Assembly: GCA_028023455.1 (NCBI GenBank)
Contig: JAQFVV010000002.1
Coordinates: 17,484,001 to 17,548,000, forward strand
DNA: 64,000 nucleotides
Direction: 5' to 3'
DNA from: Epiperipatus broadwayi
Lineage: Eukaryota; Animalia; Onychophora
The position numbers were made by a program, and so were the translations under genes. The notes beneath the pieces are model-generated. The model ran no database searches. It had not been told where the DNA came from and saw only the letters and a list, made by a program, of their open reading frames with translations. Shown here piece by piece: positions 1 through 11,251 of this stretch; positions within the stretch are counted from its first letter, which is position 1; the number at the start of each line of letters is the position of its first letter.

Positions 1-164
1 GTAATCAGCATTGATTAGTAAACAATTATCTCAGATAATCATTGCTGGACATTAAAATGAAGAATAACAAACACTAAAACTCTCCAGGTGTCTAGTTTGG
101 AGAATATCTTTTTCTTCACTACTTTTTTTTAAAGGCTTTTAGAAAGTTTTTTATTCTACAATAG

Positions 165-690
165 ACTAAATATAGCTTGTTTAAATTTTTAACTGTGAAT
201 TCCAGCGTTGGAAGTGAGCATTGGTCACAAGCTTTTAAATGTTCAATATGTTTCGATTACTTTAACGATCCTCTTACTATGCCTTGCGGTCATTCTTTTT
301 GTCGCAGTTGCATTCAGGCCCTATGGCGTCATAATGTCGACACCGCAAATATATCCATAAATCAAGTAACAATAGATTGTCCTAAATGTAAAAATCCTAT
401 TTCAGTTAATTTAATTGAAGGAAACACTAATGTCGCTTTAGCCAAAGCTGTGGAAGGATATATCAGTAGCCCAGACAGAGAAATGATTAGTGAATTAACT
501 AAAAAAATTTCCGGATATTTTGAAAAGTAGTGGACCTCTACGTATTCGTCATCACGTGCAGGCGGTCGAAGATTCTGGTTCATTAGATGCAGTTGCTCAG
601 AAGTCCTTTTTTTGCTCTAATAATTTTCTAAAGGTGATTTTCATCATAACCATCATAATCGAAGTTGTCAAACAATTAAAATATAGCTAA
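165..690 (+). CDS. Exon encoding a C3HC4 RING-HC finger (TRIM-type RING spacing); ORF stops at 530 but continues in the +1 frame to 690 ending in a hydrophobic segment
   Basis: CSIC-x11-CGH-x2-CRSC-x22-CPKC motif; polypyrimidine/AG acceptor at 163-164; raised GC; +1 frame open 499-690 after the A7 run at 501-507. Confidence 0.8.
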
Positions 691-1959
691 ATCATTGATG
701 GTTAAACATCAAAATTGCTTTAAAATCGAATAAAATTTAAATCATGTAAAAAATAAATAAATTTTTAACTGTATATAGCTATTCTTAAAAATTTCCTATA
801 TATTTCTGTTTATATTTTTATGTGTTGACAATTAATCTTTTTTTACTTCTTTATGTATGCAGCCTTTGTGTGTGTGTCGGTTGTATAGAATGGAGTGGAT
901 TCAATCCCCTCTAATTACATCTAGCTTAAAAGTATATATAATATACTTCATTTAAATATTAAATATTTTATAAGTAATTTATATTCTGATATTAAATATT
1001 TAACGTTTCAGTTTTCCTCCTGGCAGCTAACAATAGATATCAATACAAAGAAAATGTTTATCTTAGAGAAAAATTATTAAATTTAATCTTCATCATTTGA
1101 TTTCACATTGAATTTGTAAGATAAATTGAGGGATATTTTATTGTCATGGAAACTGATATCGTCTTTTGAAATGTGCGTGCTGTAATGTTTTATTATTAGT
1201 GAACTAAATCACATTTTTTAAATCTTTTTTTTTTTTAATTTGTTTTTTCCTACCCACTGCCCTTCTCTATTATAAACTTGTTTGCTACTTTAAAGAAATG
1301 TCAAAAACAAAATTTAGAAAAGTAATTGATGGTTTAAATTGATATTGAAAACATAGATGTGTAGGTGGAATTTGTTTCCAGAGTTGAAAAAGGCATTGAG
1401 ATTAGTTTTATTTACAATATTATACAAAAAATGATTTATTTATTTTTTAAAAAACAAAACAAAACAATACTTTTATTAAGTGTTGTTCGTATAAAATAAA
1501 AATTTATCTTTAAATACATGTTTAGTATTAAATAATCCGTTCTGTATACTTCTTTATTTTATTTATTTAAATTTATGTGTATTCGTCTGTTATTTATTAT
1601 ATATTTATTTTTAATTTGAAAATGTTAGTTTTTATTGAAAATGATTATTATAAAATTAATAATATCAGAATTAAAATTAAATAATTGGTACAAATTGTAA
1701 TTTATTTATTTTTATTTATATACATCAAGTTACTGGGGAAACTTTATGGAACTTCTTTTTGTAATATTTCAGATACTGCAACAATAGGTTGCAAATATCA
1801 AAATGTAAAACTATATTTTATATGTTATTATTCAATCATGTATTCATCATTCAATGTTAGTCCGATTCCTTTCTATTATTGCAATAACAAAGCAATGAAT
1901 TAATTTTTTTACAAAAATAATTCGACAACTTTCTGTTATATATCTTTGCAAAGAGTAAA

Positions 1960-4900
1960 AAGACTTGATGTTCATCATCATCATCACTTTCAATTATTAT
2001 CAATCCATTGTAAAATGAAGAACTGCCCTTGTTTAAACTAGCTTCTCTGATCGATAATAACTTCATCTATCCATCTCTAATGGGGTCTGTTTGTTAATTT
2101 TTTAATTATCTCTTATAACAATATGTCCAGCCCAGCTCCATTTTAGTTTCTTAACTGTTTCAATTGTGCCAATAATAGCTGTTTATTCTTTCATTAAAAT
2201 ATGACGTTTTGATCCCTTCTTGTTATTCCCAACATTATTTTCTTCATACTTCACTGAGTTGTTTGAAACCTCTGAATTGCACTTCCATTAAATGTCTAAG
2301 TTTTAGGTCTATAAATAAGAACTTGTAAAATATACCTATTAGAAGTCTTTGTTCCCAAATACATAAGATATTTCTTTTTGATATTAAATGATTTTCATCA
2401 AAATCACTATCTAAGTTTAATTCTATAATTAATTTCATCCATTATGTTTCAAACTGTAATAATAATTTGATCAAGATATTTGAAGTTGATCACTTCTTCA
2501 AATTCAAGATTATTAATCTTTATTAATTTTTTTAAACAAATCTTAACCTTTTTAGTATTTATCTTTAATCCTACTTTCTTATTTTCATGTGATAACTTTT
2601 ACATTTCCTAGCCTGACATCTCATGTTGTGTACAAGATCTTGTTCCTGCAGGTAGGCTGCAGTACTGCGTATTATGGTGAAACAAAAGCCACTGTTAATA
2701 ATAGAGCTACTCAGCATATGTATGCATACAAGAGAGCTCATAGTGACAACACTTCAATATTCGTAGAACATGAAAAAGCAGCCAGTCACAAGTTTGAACC
2801 CTCAGATTGTGTGTACTGAGAGAAATGAATGCAAAAAAATAGAGGTGTACTACATCATAAACAATCCACATGCCATTAATAGAAAAGACAGATATTTCTC
2901 TATCTCTAAGAAGTGGTCGAGCTAATTCATCTTTTGATAGTAAAATTGTTTTGTACATGAAGACTAACTAATTTGCATATATTAGCAAACATCAAAGAAC
3001 ACTACAACATTTCTAATTCTTTGTCTATTAATATGAGGTTAAAAGATCTCGAAAGTGCTAAACCTGATGTTTAACTATGATTTTTTTAATTTTACCAATG
3101 ACCATTTGAAGCACAGTATAATTGCTATTTCCTGCCTTGTAAAAACAACCATATTATCTCCAAAATCGTGATGATATAAATTAAATTAGTATTAAATAAA
3201 AAATGCACATGTATTTTTATTCTCATGTTTTCCATTTTAATTTATAAAATAATTATTTTAAACTGCTGAAAAAGTTTTAGGGAAATGGGATTGAGTTTAT
3301 AGTCCATTCTGAATGTTAATCTTCAAAGAGTCACTATATATCCTAATCATATACTACTAAATCATCCATGCACTTTACTACTGTTACGCAATGCTTTATT
3401 TACCATACAGTTTCAATTGCCCCAGCAATCTTCAGAACTTTTATATCTCCTAACTTCAACTGATGCATTATGATAAATGTTCTTTGGAATATGACAGTAG
3501 TCTGGTCTCTATATTGATGGATCAAAGTTTTAATCACTGTGGAAATATTCACAAAATTAAATGTTTTTTTTATATTCTACAAATCCACATGATAATATGA
3601 ATTCATATTCAGTTGTTCTTTCTGACATCTGTCAATACTTGAATAAAATCTATTAAAACCATTTTTAAATCCAGCATGTTTTTTTGTTTGTATGAATCCA
3701 TAAATAATGCACTGGTTATAATGAGCTTGGTAAAAATATTGCAGAAGCAATAGAAAACTGATAGATGGTAATTTTGGTATCTTCTTTGGAACTTTTTTTA
3801 ATAGAAAATATCAATATTATTATTGCATTTGTCCAATCATCTGGTACATTTTTATTATTTAGACATTTGATATATAGTTTTATCAACAGTTTTTCTATTT
3901 CTTCGCTTGCTTCTTTTAAGATATCAATAAGAATTGCATCATTTCTTGGAACATTTTTCTTCTTCATAGATTTAATTGCATGTCTCACTTCTTCATTTGA
4001 ACAATCTTGGCATTATGAAAGATGTAGTAATAGTTATTTTGTATTACTATATAATTCATTGTACAACTCTTCTAAACATTTCATGTTGTCTTAGTTTTTT
4101 TGTTGTTAGTTTTCTTATTGCTAAAATAATTTTTTTTTCATTACCAAGATGTTTTATACTTTTTAAAGATTTATTCTCTTTACAGCTTTCTTTATTAATT
4201 CATAATTATATTTTCTTATATCATTATTAACTTTTTTCCATATCATTTTACAGAATTCTAGATTTTCAAGTCTTAATGAATCGTGGATCATTTTTATATT
4301 TTTTGTATACATTGTCTTGTCCCAGTTGAAAATTCACTGAAGAATTGCTGTGTTTTGTATAAACTATCTTGGTGCCATTCCCAACAGAATATCAGTTATC
4401 TTCTTATTAATTTCAGTTAATATGTTAAAATGATTCAGAAGCTCTAATTTAAATTCACTGAAGTGTTTCTAAAAATTAGGAATATCAACTAATAATATTG
4501 TTTTTTAAAAAATATTTTCCAGCTTTCTAATTTTGCATTTATAAGTATCTCACTTCACTAATATGTGATTACTTCTTGTGTTCAGTTTTATTAAGAACAT
4601 TTTAATCTTAATATTTATATATATTATTTGTTAGTCAAAATATAATTCAATTCTAGATGCTTCCATGTCCATTTACTATTTTTTTTTTCAACGAAAAAAT
4701 TTATAAAATATTTTTTCTTCTTCTGTGCTCTCTCATTTCTATGACCATAATCAAATTTACCGACAATACTTTAATCTTTTAATCATTTTTCAATTCTTTC
4801 TGTAAACACTCTTATGATAATTTTAAAATATTGTTCAGTCTAATCAAAATTATCTTGTATATCCATATAAAAATAAATCCTCTACTTCTTCATTATAATA

Positions 4901-5020
4901 AGAGCCTACTGAATTATCTGCATTTGGTATCTTCCATTTAGTTTTATAGGGTGATTTTTTTTTTTCAGATAAAAATCAATTTAGGAATTTTTTTTAGTTC
5001 TGACTCTGTATCATAATATT
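1960..5020 (-). mobile_element. Degenerate, near full-length RTE-clade LINE (APE + RT), interrupted at ~2590-3300
   Basis: APE-like IVGKFDYGHRNER (~4740) and QIIQ..EEVEDF (~4900); RT N-terminal region MKKKNVPRNDAILIDILK...DWTNAIIIL (3716-3988); HAGFKNGF (~3650); 3' part homologous to 7910-8590; (TGA)n tail at ~1975. Confidence 0.8.
2590..2990 (+). mobile_element. Penelope-like element GIY-YIG/3' fragment (family G)
   Basis: VVYKI..CSTAYYGETK..RATQH..SIFVEHE and C-terminal HAINRKDRYFSISKKW; homologous to 5386-5810, 59290-59590, 60879-61688. Confidence 0.75.
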
Positions 5021-5385
5021 AAATCATCAAAGGCAATCTTGCCTAGTGTTGCAGTGAAAAGAATGTTAAAAATAAGTTTTAAAACTGAAATGTAAACAGT
5101 GTTATAAAAAATTGTATGGATATGTATGATATTGTAAATAAATTAAGGTTTTTAGATAATATAATTATCACACAATACTTTCATAATTATTCACTCTAGC
5201 AAAAATTACAAAAAATTAGTATGCATTAAATTTAAATTGTATATGCAAATTTAACTATATATTTGCAAAACACAACACTAAAAAGCAGTAGCCAATGGAG
5301 TAAGCATGTGTGAATAAGCTCAGAAAATCTTATGTAGATTTTCTTATTCTCAAGTAATGTGTACAGAAATAAAATATAGTCTTAA

Positions 5386-5810
5386 GTCATGAACAACAAG
5401 TCAATCTTTGTTGAACATGAATTGGCTGGAGGATGTGTCCTTTCTTCCTTGAATGTTAAAACATTTTGCGCAGAGAGGAATGATACAAAGATATTATTTA
5501 AAGAGGCATGGGCAATTACAAGGGACCAACATTCAATTAATAAAAAGGACTCTTGTTTCTTGTTATCAAAGAAATAGAACATGTAATTTGCATACTGGGA
5601 CAAAATTTACATATTTCTCATCTATATATTCAGACTTTCAACTGCAAAGTTTCATTCTGCATTATGATTCTGGTGAGAATTTGCCAAACACTGGCTTAGG
5701 GGTATTAAATAAATAAAATCTTGTTTTCTTATACCTTTTCATATCAATTAGCAAATCTCAAGTTTTCGAGAATTATGTAACAATATGAAAAGTGGTTAAT
5801 GTTTGATCTT
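5386..5810 (+). mobile_element. Penelope-like element 3' fragment (family G) inserted in another repeat
   Basis: SIFVEHE...KEAWAITRDQHSINKKD; flanks 5245-5385 and 5810-5970 are contiguous in the paralogous copy at 7175-7470. Confidence 0.7.
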
Positions 5811-6849
5811 TAAAAGATGTTTATCTTAGACACTAACTCCTCAAGAATTCTTGTTTAGTTCACTTATCTATGCACATATTTTTCTGAGTATAATAAATTC
5901 ACATTTATTTCTTTTATTGTTATTGTTTATTTAACTGTTACTCAACTGCTATGCATGTACCCTGACATACATAACAGAGTAGTGTAGTTAACAGGAAACC
6001 TGAAGTACAGCAGAGTGGCTATGCAAATGACAAAAGTACCATGGATGATTAGTGTGACAATATTGTAAGTGAAAAAATTGCAATGTTTATATGCAAATTG
6101 GTCAATCTCTAAAAATGACATTTCACACAGTGTTAAGGAATTTTAAGCCAATAAACATCACATGATCAATACGTATAATGAGTTTTTGCCTGTTAAGGAA
6201 TTTGATATTAAAAATGCAGCAAATTGGTGTTAGTATGTGAAGCACATAAAAAAATATATGCTCATTAATTTTATAGAAAATATTATCCTAAATATAATGA
6301 TGCTAATGTGACTGGCAAGCAAAAATGTTCTGCAAATAGTAAAAAGACTTTGTGGACGGAAGTCTCCAGAAAAAGTAGCATACCTCGAGCTGAAAAAACA
6401 ATTAAGAACATACTTCAAAGTGCTGCCATCTAAATGTGGATCCTGTCATCATTTTAGAAATAGGAGGCTAACACTAAATGAGAAATATCAACATTATGAT
6501 ATAGCTCTGTGTGATTTAGAAAAACACTGAATTTGGTGGTGAATTGGGCGGAGGCTTCTTGATCAGTGGCTATGAGTGATGACTGACAACAAGTTACATC
6601 AAGTTCTCTTTGGTGAAATAGTCTTAACATATAAGCAGGCAGTAGATAAATATATGACAAAAAAGTTTCTCATGGAAGCCACTGCAAAATTTCAAAATAA
6701 TAAAGATGTAGCAACATATAAAGTGATGGTAAATAAAGCTGACATTCAGACCACAAGATCTTGAAACTCTATGAAGTATTTCATATGCCATTGTTGGGGT
6801 AAGAAGAACATTTTAAAAAGGCTTGAAAATGTAAAAGTGCTAAATATCT

Positions 6850-7170
6850 CATATCACTGATACACTTGAACACATATATGTCGAAAAGATAAATAATCAC
6901 CAATATAGTATTTTTATGCTAAACCAGCAATCATCAGTTGGTCCAGATTATCATCTCTACACATATATGCAGTAAGTGCTCAGATATATATTAAGATAGC
7001 CAATCTTCATACTTTAATGGACAAACTTCAATCAACTCCACATTCCAACTCTTCAACCGTCCACCCAATTGAAAATCTGATGATGGATTCTTGTCACACC
7101 CATGTTGACCTAAAGTCAATCTGACCCCTCATGTACAGGACATAATCCATTTAATACATATACAAGGGAT
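6850..7170 (-). mobile_element. Family A non-autonomous HHR-bearing element; decayed HHR at 6899-6942
   Basis: Aligns to 32120-32640 and 54395-54790; minus strand accaa-CTGATGA-ttgctggtttagca-taaa. Confidence 0.75.
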
Positions 7171-7539
7171 GGGAAAATTAACTATATATGTGCAAAACAT
7201 GCTCATTAAAAAGCAGCAGCAGAAAGAATAAGTATGTGTGCAAAAGCTTAAAAAATCTGACGTAAATTTTCTTAATTTTAAGTAATATGTATACTGAAAT
7301 AAAATATATGCTTAAAAGATGTTTGTGTTAGAGACTGTCTCTTCAGGAATTATTGTTTGATATGTTTATCTATATATCTATTTTTATGAGTATAATAAGC
7401 TCACATTTGTTTATTTTATTGTTGTTGTTTACTTATTTAACAGTGACTTAGCTGGTATGCATATGATCCTGGGGTACACCGCAAAGACCAAGAGACTTTT
7501 TAAAAGTATAAAAAATGTATTTTAAAATACAAATATTTT

Positions 7540-8597
7540 GATGCACATATGAACATTTGATTCTATAAACATTTCTTCAGTGATTAAAGCATTAGATTAT
7601 CAAGGTGTAGATCCAGGATAATGGCACATTTTAAAGAATATTTATAAAAATGCAACAGCAATAATTACATTACATAATGATACTGGGAAAGTCAACATTG
7701 AGAAGAGTGTAAGACAGGGTGATTCCAACTTTTTACAGCAGTGCTGCAAGAAGTATTTTGTGGATTAAAATGGGAAGCTAAAGAAGTGAAAGTAAATGGA
7801 GATTATTTAAGTCATTTAGATTTTGCAAATGATGTAGTTGTTTTTGCAAATAATGCTTTAGAGCTGTAAGAAATGTTGCAGGAGTTATCAGATAAAAATA
7901 GGAAAGTAGGACTAAAGATAAATGTTAAAAAGACTAAAGTAATGCTTAATGGGATTTTCTCAAAATATGAAAATAAAGATCGATTATGATGAGTTAGAAG
8001 AAGTTAACAATTACAAAATACCTTGGTCAGATTATTAATACATATGGAAACATAGTGGATGAAATTAATCATAGAATTAAACTTGGTTGGAGTGTTTTTG
8101 GTAGAAATAACTTGATACTAAAAGAAAATATGCCTATGTTTTTGAAAGAGAAGGTTTTTAATAAATGTGTTTTACCAGTTTTTACTTATGGATCTGAGAC
8201 TTGGACACTTAGTAGAAGAGCAATACAGAGACTTCAGACCACTCAAAGAAGTATGGAAAGACACATGTTGGGAGTAACAAGAAGAGATCGAAAATGCAAT
8301 ATATGGGTAAGAGAACAAACACGTGTCACTGACCTCATTGAAAAAATTAAAAGACTGGAGTTGAGCTGAACATATTGCTAGAAGAAATGATAATAGATGG
8401 ACAATTGAAATCTTAAACAGGATTCCAAGAGATTATAAAAGACCTAGAAAGAGACCACACATGAGATGGATGGATGAAATAAGAAAGTGTACAGGGGTGA
8501 TGTGGAGAAGAGAAACTAAAGATTGGAGAAGATGGATTGAACTTGGAGAGACCTTCATCCTGCAATGGAATGATAATGGTTAATGATGATGATAATG
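7540..8597 (+). mobile_element. 5'-truncated RTE-clade LINE (RT C-terminal half and 3' tail)
   Basis: EKSVRQGD, HLDFANDVV, ORF 8055-8369 (NHRIKLGWSVFG..VFTYGSETW..QRSMERHMLG), RPRKRPHMRW, (TGA/TAA)n tail. Confidence 0.9.
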
Positions 8598-8772
8598 AAC
8601 AAATATATTGTGAATTATTTTTGAAATGCTAAATAAAGCTAGGAGAATCTACAATGGTGATGTTCTAATGATGATGTTCACAAAACCAATTTTTCACAAT
8701 ATAATTTAATATGTATAAATAATACTTTATTATTATTATTACTATCATTTATGAACTATCAATTTAAATTTA

Positions 8773-9028
8773 TAAAACTCACTCTTTCACACAATCCACC
8801 ACTCTCCACACTATCTCATAAAACTGATACACTCGAACACACATGTTGAAAAGATAAATAATCACCAACATATGTATTTTATGCTAAACCAGCAATCATC
8901 AGTTGGTCCAGATTACCATCTCTACACATATATGCTATAAGTGCTCAGATATATATATACCCTATATATTACATATATAAACACAGGTATATAATAAGCC
9001 TGTGTGTTTCAGTTAAAACTCACTCTTT
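8773..9028 (-). mobile_element. Family A insertion with inverted 5' part, 15-bp TSD; HHR at 8864-8907
   Basis: TSD taaaactcactcttt at 8773-8787 and 9014-9028; HHR-bearing segment on minus strand, 3' tail on plus strand from ~8945. Confidence 0.8.
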
Positions 9029-10252
9029 TAAATCAGTCTACGTGGAGATTTGATTTTCTAGTGATGGGATTAAAAGTGAATTCAAACTCAAGTCAGATAT
9101 AAACATGCATTATTTGTTAATTTAATTCATAATCAATCATTACAAAGGGTAAAAGTCAGACTCATCTTTAACAACATTTATGCTTAGCTAGATAATATTC
9201 AAATTAATAATGTAGTGTTTGCATCTAATTTGAATTTTAATTTATGCTTAATCCCAGAACTTGTTAAAAAACCAAGCCCAATAAAACCAGAAGCTCTTTG
9301 AATAAATGAGCCTCTTTATTCTTAGAGGTTTTCTAACAAAGAAAGTGGAAGTATGCATTTATATTACTTTTCATGGAAGTCTTGTCTGCTTTAGTTTCTA
9401 TTAGGTATGCATTTAATTTTATGTTTATTTAATAATACATTTATATGTAAATAAAATATTAAATGTAATTAAAACTGCACACATATAACAATAAAATTAT
9501 TACTGTATTCGGTTCAGTGGAAGTTTGTTGAGGGAATATAAAAAAAAAAGTCTCATGTTTGTCATTGTTCTTAACTGCTATTTATTACAATACTGGGAAC
9601 AAGGAAATAAAAATTTCGAACTTTATTCATAAAGAATTAATTTGTTGAAATAAACACAGGGGAGGGGGGATCTAATATAATCTAAAAGAAAAAAAATCAA
9701 TAAAAAAGTTGTAAATGAAAATTTACAATAATCTCCTATTAATTCAAATGACTATTTAAATATCTACTGATTAGTTTTAGTTAATTTTTATTGTTATTTC
9801 ATTTGTTAACATAAACTTCACAAAACTTGATCACGGTTACATTAATAAACTTTTTTTATGATATAATCAAAAGAAGATAGTATAATAAAAAGAGGATTAT
9901 TTCAAACTCGATAAGATTTTATAAAAGATGATTAAAGGATATATAAATTCTCATAAACACATACTAATTATTTTGTCTATACACATTATAATATTCAAAA
10001 GCTAAATGAACTGTTTTATAAAAATTTTCAAGTGTCAGCAAAAGATAATTCATATCATGTTTTTTCTTTATATCTGATAGTAATCCACAAAGGATTGATC
10101 TATAGTTTAAAAAACAAGCACAAATTAAAATCAAAATTTTTTGTAAGCATTATGTTGGTAAATTATAGCAAAGAAAATCTTTGTGTTCATGTGTATCAGT
10201 GATATGAGATAGAGTGGTGAGTCGTGTGAAAGTCTGTGCTCATATACCCTAT

Positions 10253-10524
10253 ATATTACATATATTCTCTTATTCTTCTCCTTCACTTTCTTTGCATATC
10301 TTCTTGTAATCATATATATTGCTTATAACACTCTATTCATATACACGTTAATGCAACAAATTTTCTTAAAAACTTCATTTTTTTATAGTTTCGACTGTCC
10401 AGCAGTCTTCATCAGAGCTCTATCTTTTTCATTGCCTTAATAAAGAAGTTTTTAAAAAAATTTGGTGCATTAACGTGTATATGAATAGAGTGTTATAAGC
10501 AATATATATGATATTACACATATT
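10253..10524. mobile_element. Family C fold-back element with HHR-like core (minus, ~10385-10420) nested in a family A fragment
   Basis: TSD atattaca(t/c)atatt 10253-10266 / 10511-10524; arms 10311-10378 and ~10440-10510; minus CTGATGA-a-gac-tgctggaca-gtc-GAAAC. Confidence 0.75.
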
Positions 10525-10611
10525 GATACAGATATATAATAAGCCTGTATTTCAGTTATTAAAGAGAATGTTTGTAATTGACAATTAACTTTTCAATAAA
10601 TAATATAACAT

Positions 10612-10717
10612 GTCAAGCATTGGTGGTCGAAAGGTCAGTGACAGCAGCTTTACAAGCAGTTGTCCCATGTTAGCAGTTCACTTCCAGCTCATGCTATGAC
10701 ACATGAAAAATATATAT
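10612..10717 (+). mobile_element. tRNA-Gly-derived mini-SINE
   Basis: gtcaa leader + gcattggtggtc..., trailer tatgacacatg-A-rich; TSD atataacat 10603-10611 / 10718-10726. Confidence 0.7.
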
Positions 10718-11210
10718 ATATAACATCCACAACTTCCTTTACAAATCTTGTTTTAACTAATATATATGAATTCCATATATTTCAATTATATTTAATAACC
10801 ATTAATATGATTTTTATTTATATAAACACCTTCTTTGTCATGGACAAATTAAGATGGTGAAAATATTTTAGAAATAAAAAAATCTTTACTTAAAGACTAT
10901 AAAATATTGCTGAAATATAGGAAATGAATATTTATATATTAATACACATTGCAAGTTTTGAAATAAATATTTGATATACTTAATATTTTAAATTTGAATT
11001 AAGTCTTAGTGACCACATAATGTAATAAATCTTGGATTACAGTCCATATGTTTGGTTTACAGAATTTAAATAAAAGGAAACTAATTTCACATTACCAAAT
11101 ACTTTCAGTGGGATAAACGAAGAGCTTTGCTAATTGCTCAACAAGCTTTGAGATAAATGCTTAGCAAGAGAAAACATTTAAAATATCTATATCTGAAAAC
11201 CAACCCCCAT

Positions 11211-11251
11211 CCCCTGACCATGGTTTCGTGCTCTGGCACTCCTCAGAGAGG
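11211..11251 (-). ncRNA. Type I hammerhead ribozyme, canonical core (family E)
   Basis: Minus strand: CCTCT-CTGAGGA-GTGC(CAGA)GCAC-GAA-ACCATGGT-C/AGGGG; stems I and II pair, stem III is the palindrome ACCATGGT, GUC cleavage triplet. Confidence 0.9.

Noticed and set aside
499-512. Programmed ribosomal frameshift at the RING A7 run
   Set aside because: Needs +1, no stimulator seen, and similar extra-A indels occur elsewhere; assembly error is simpler
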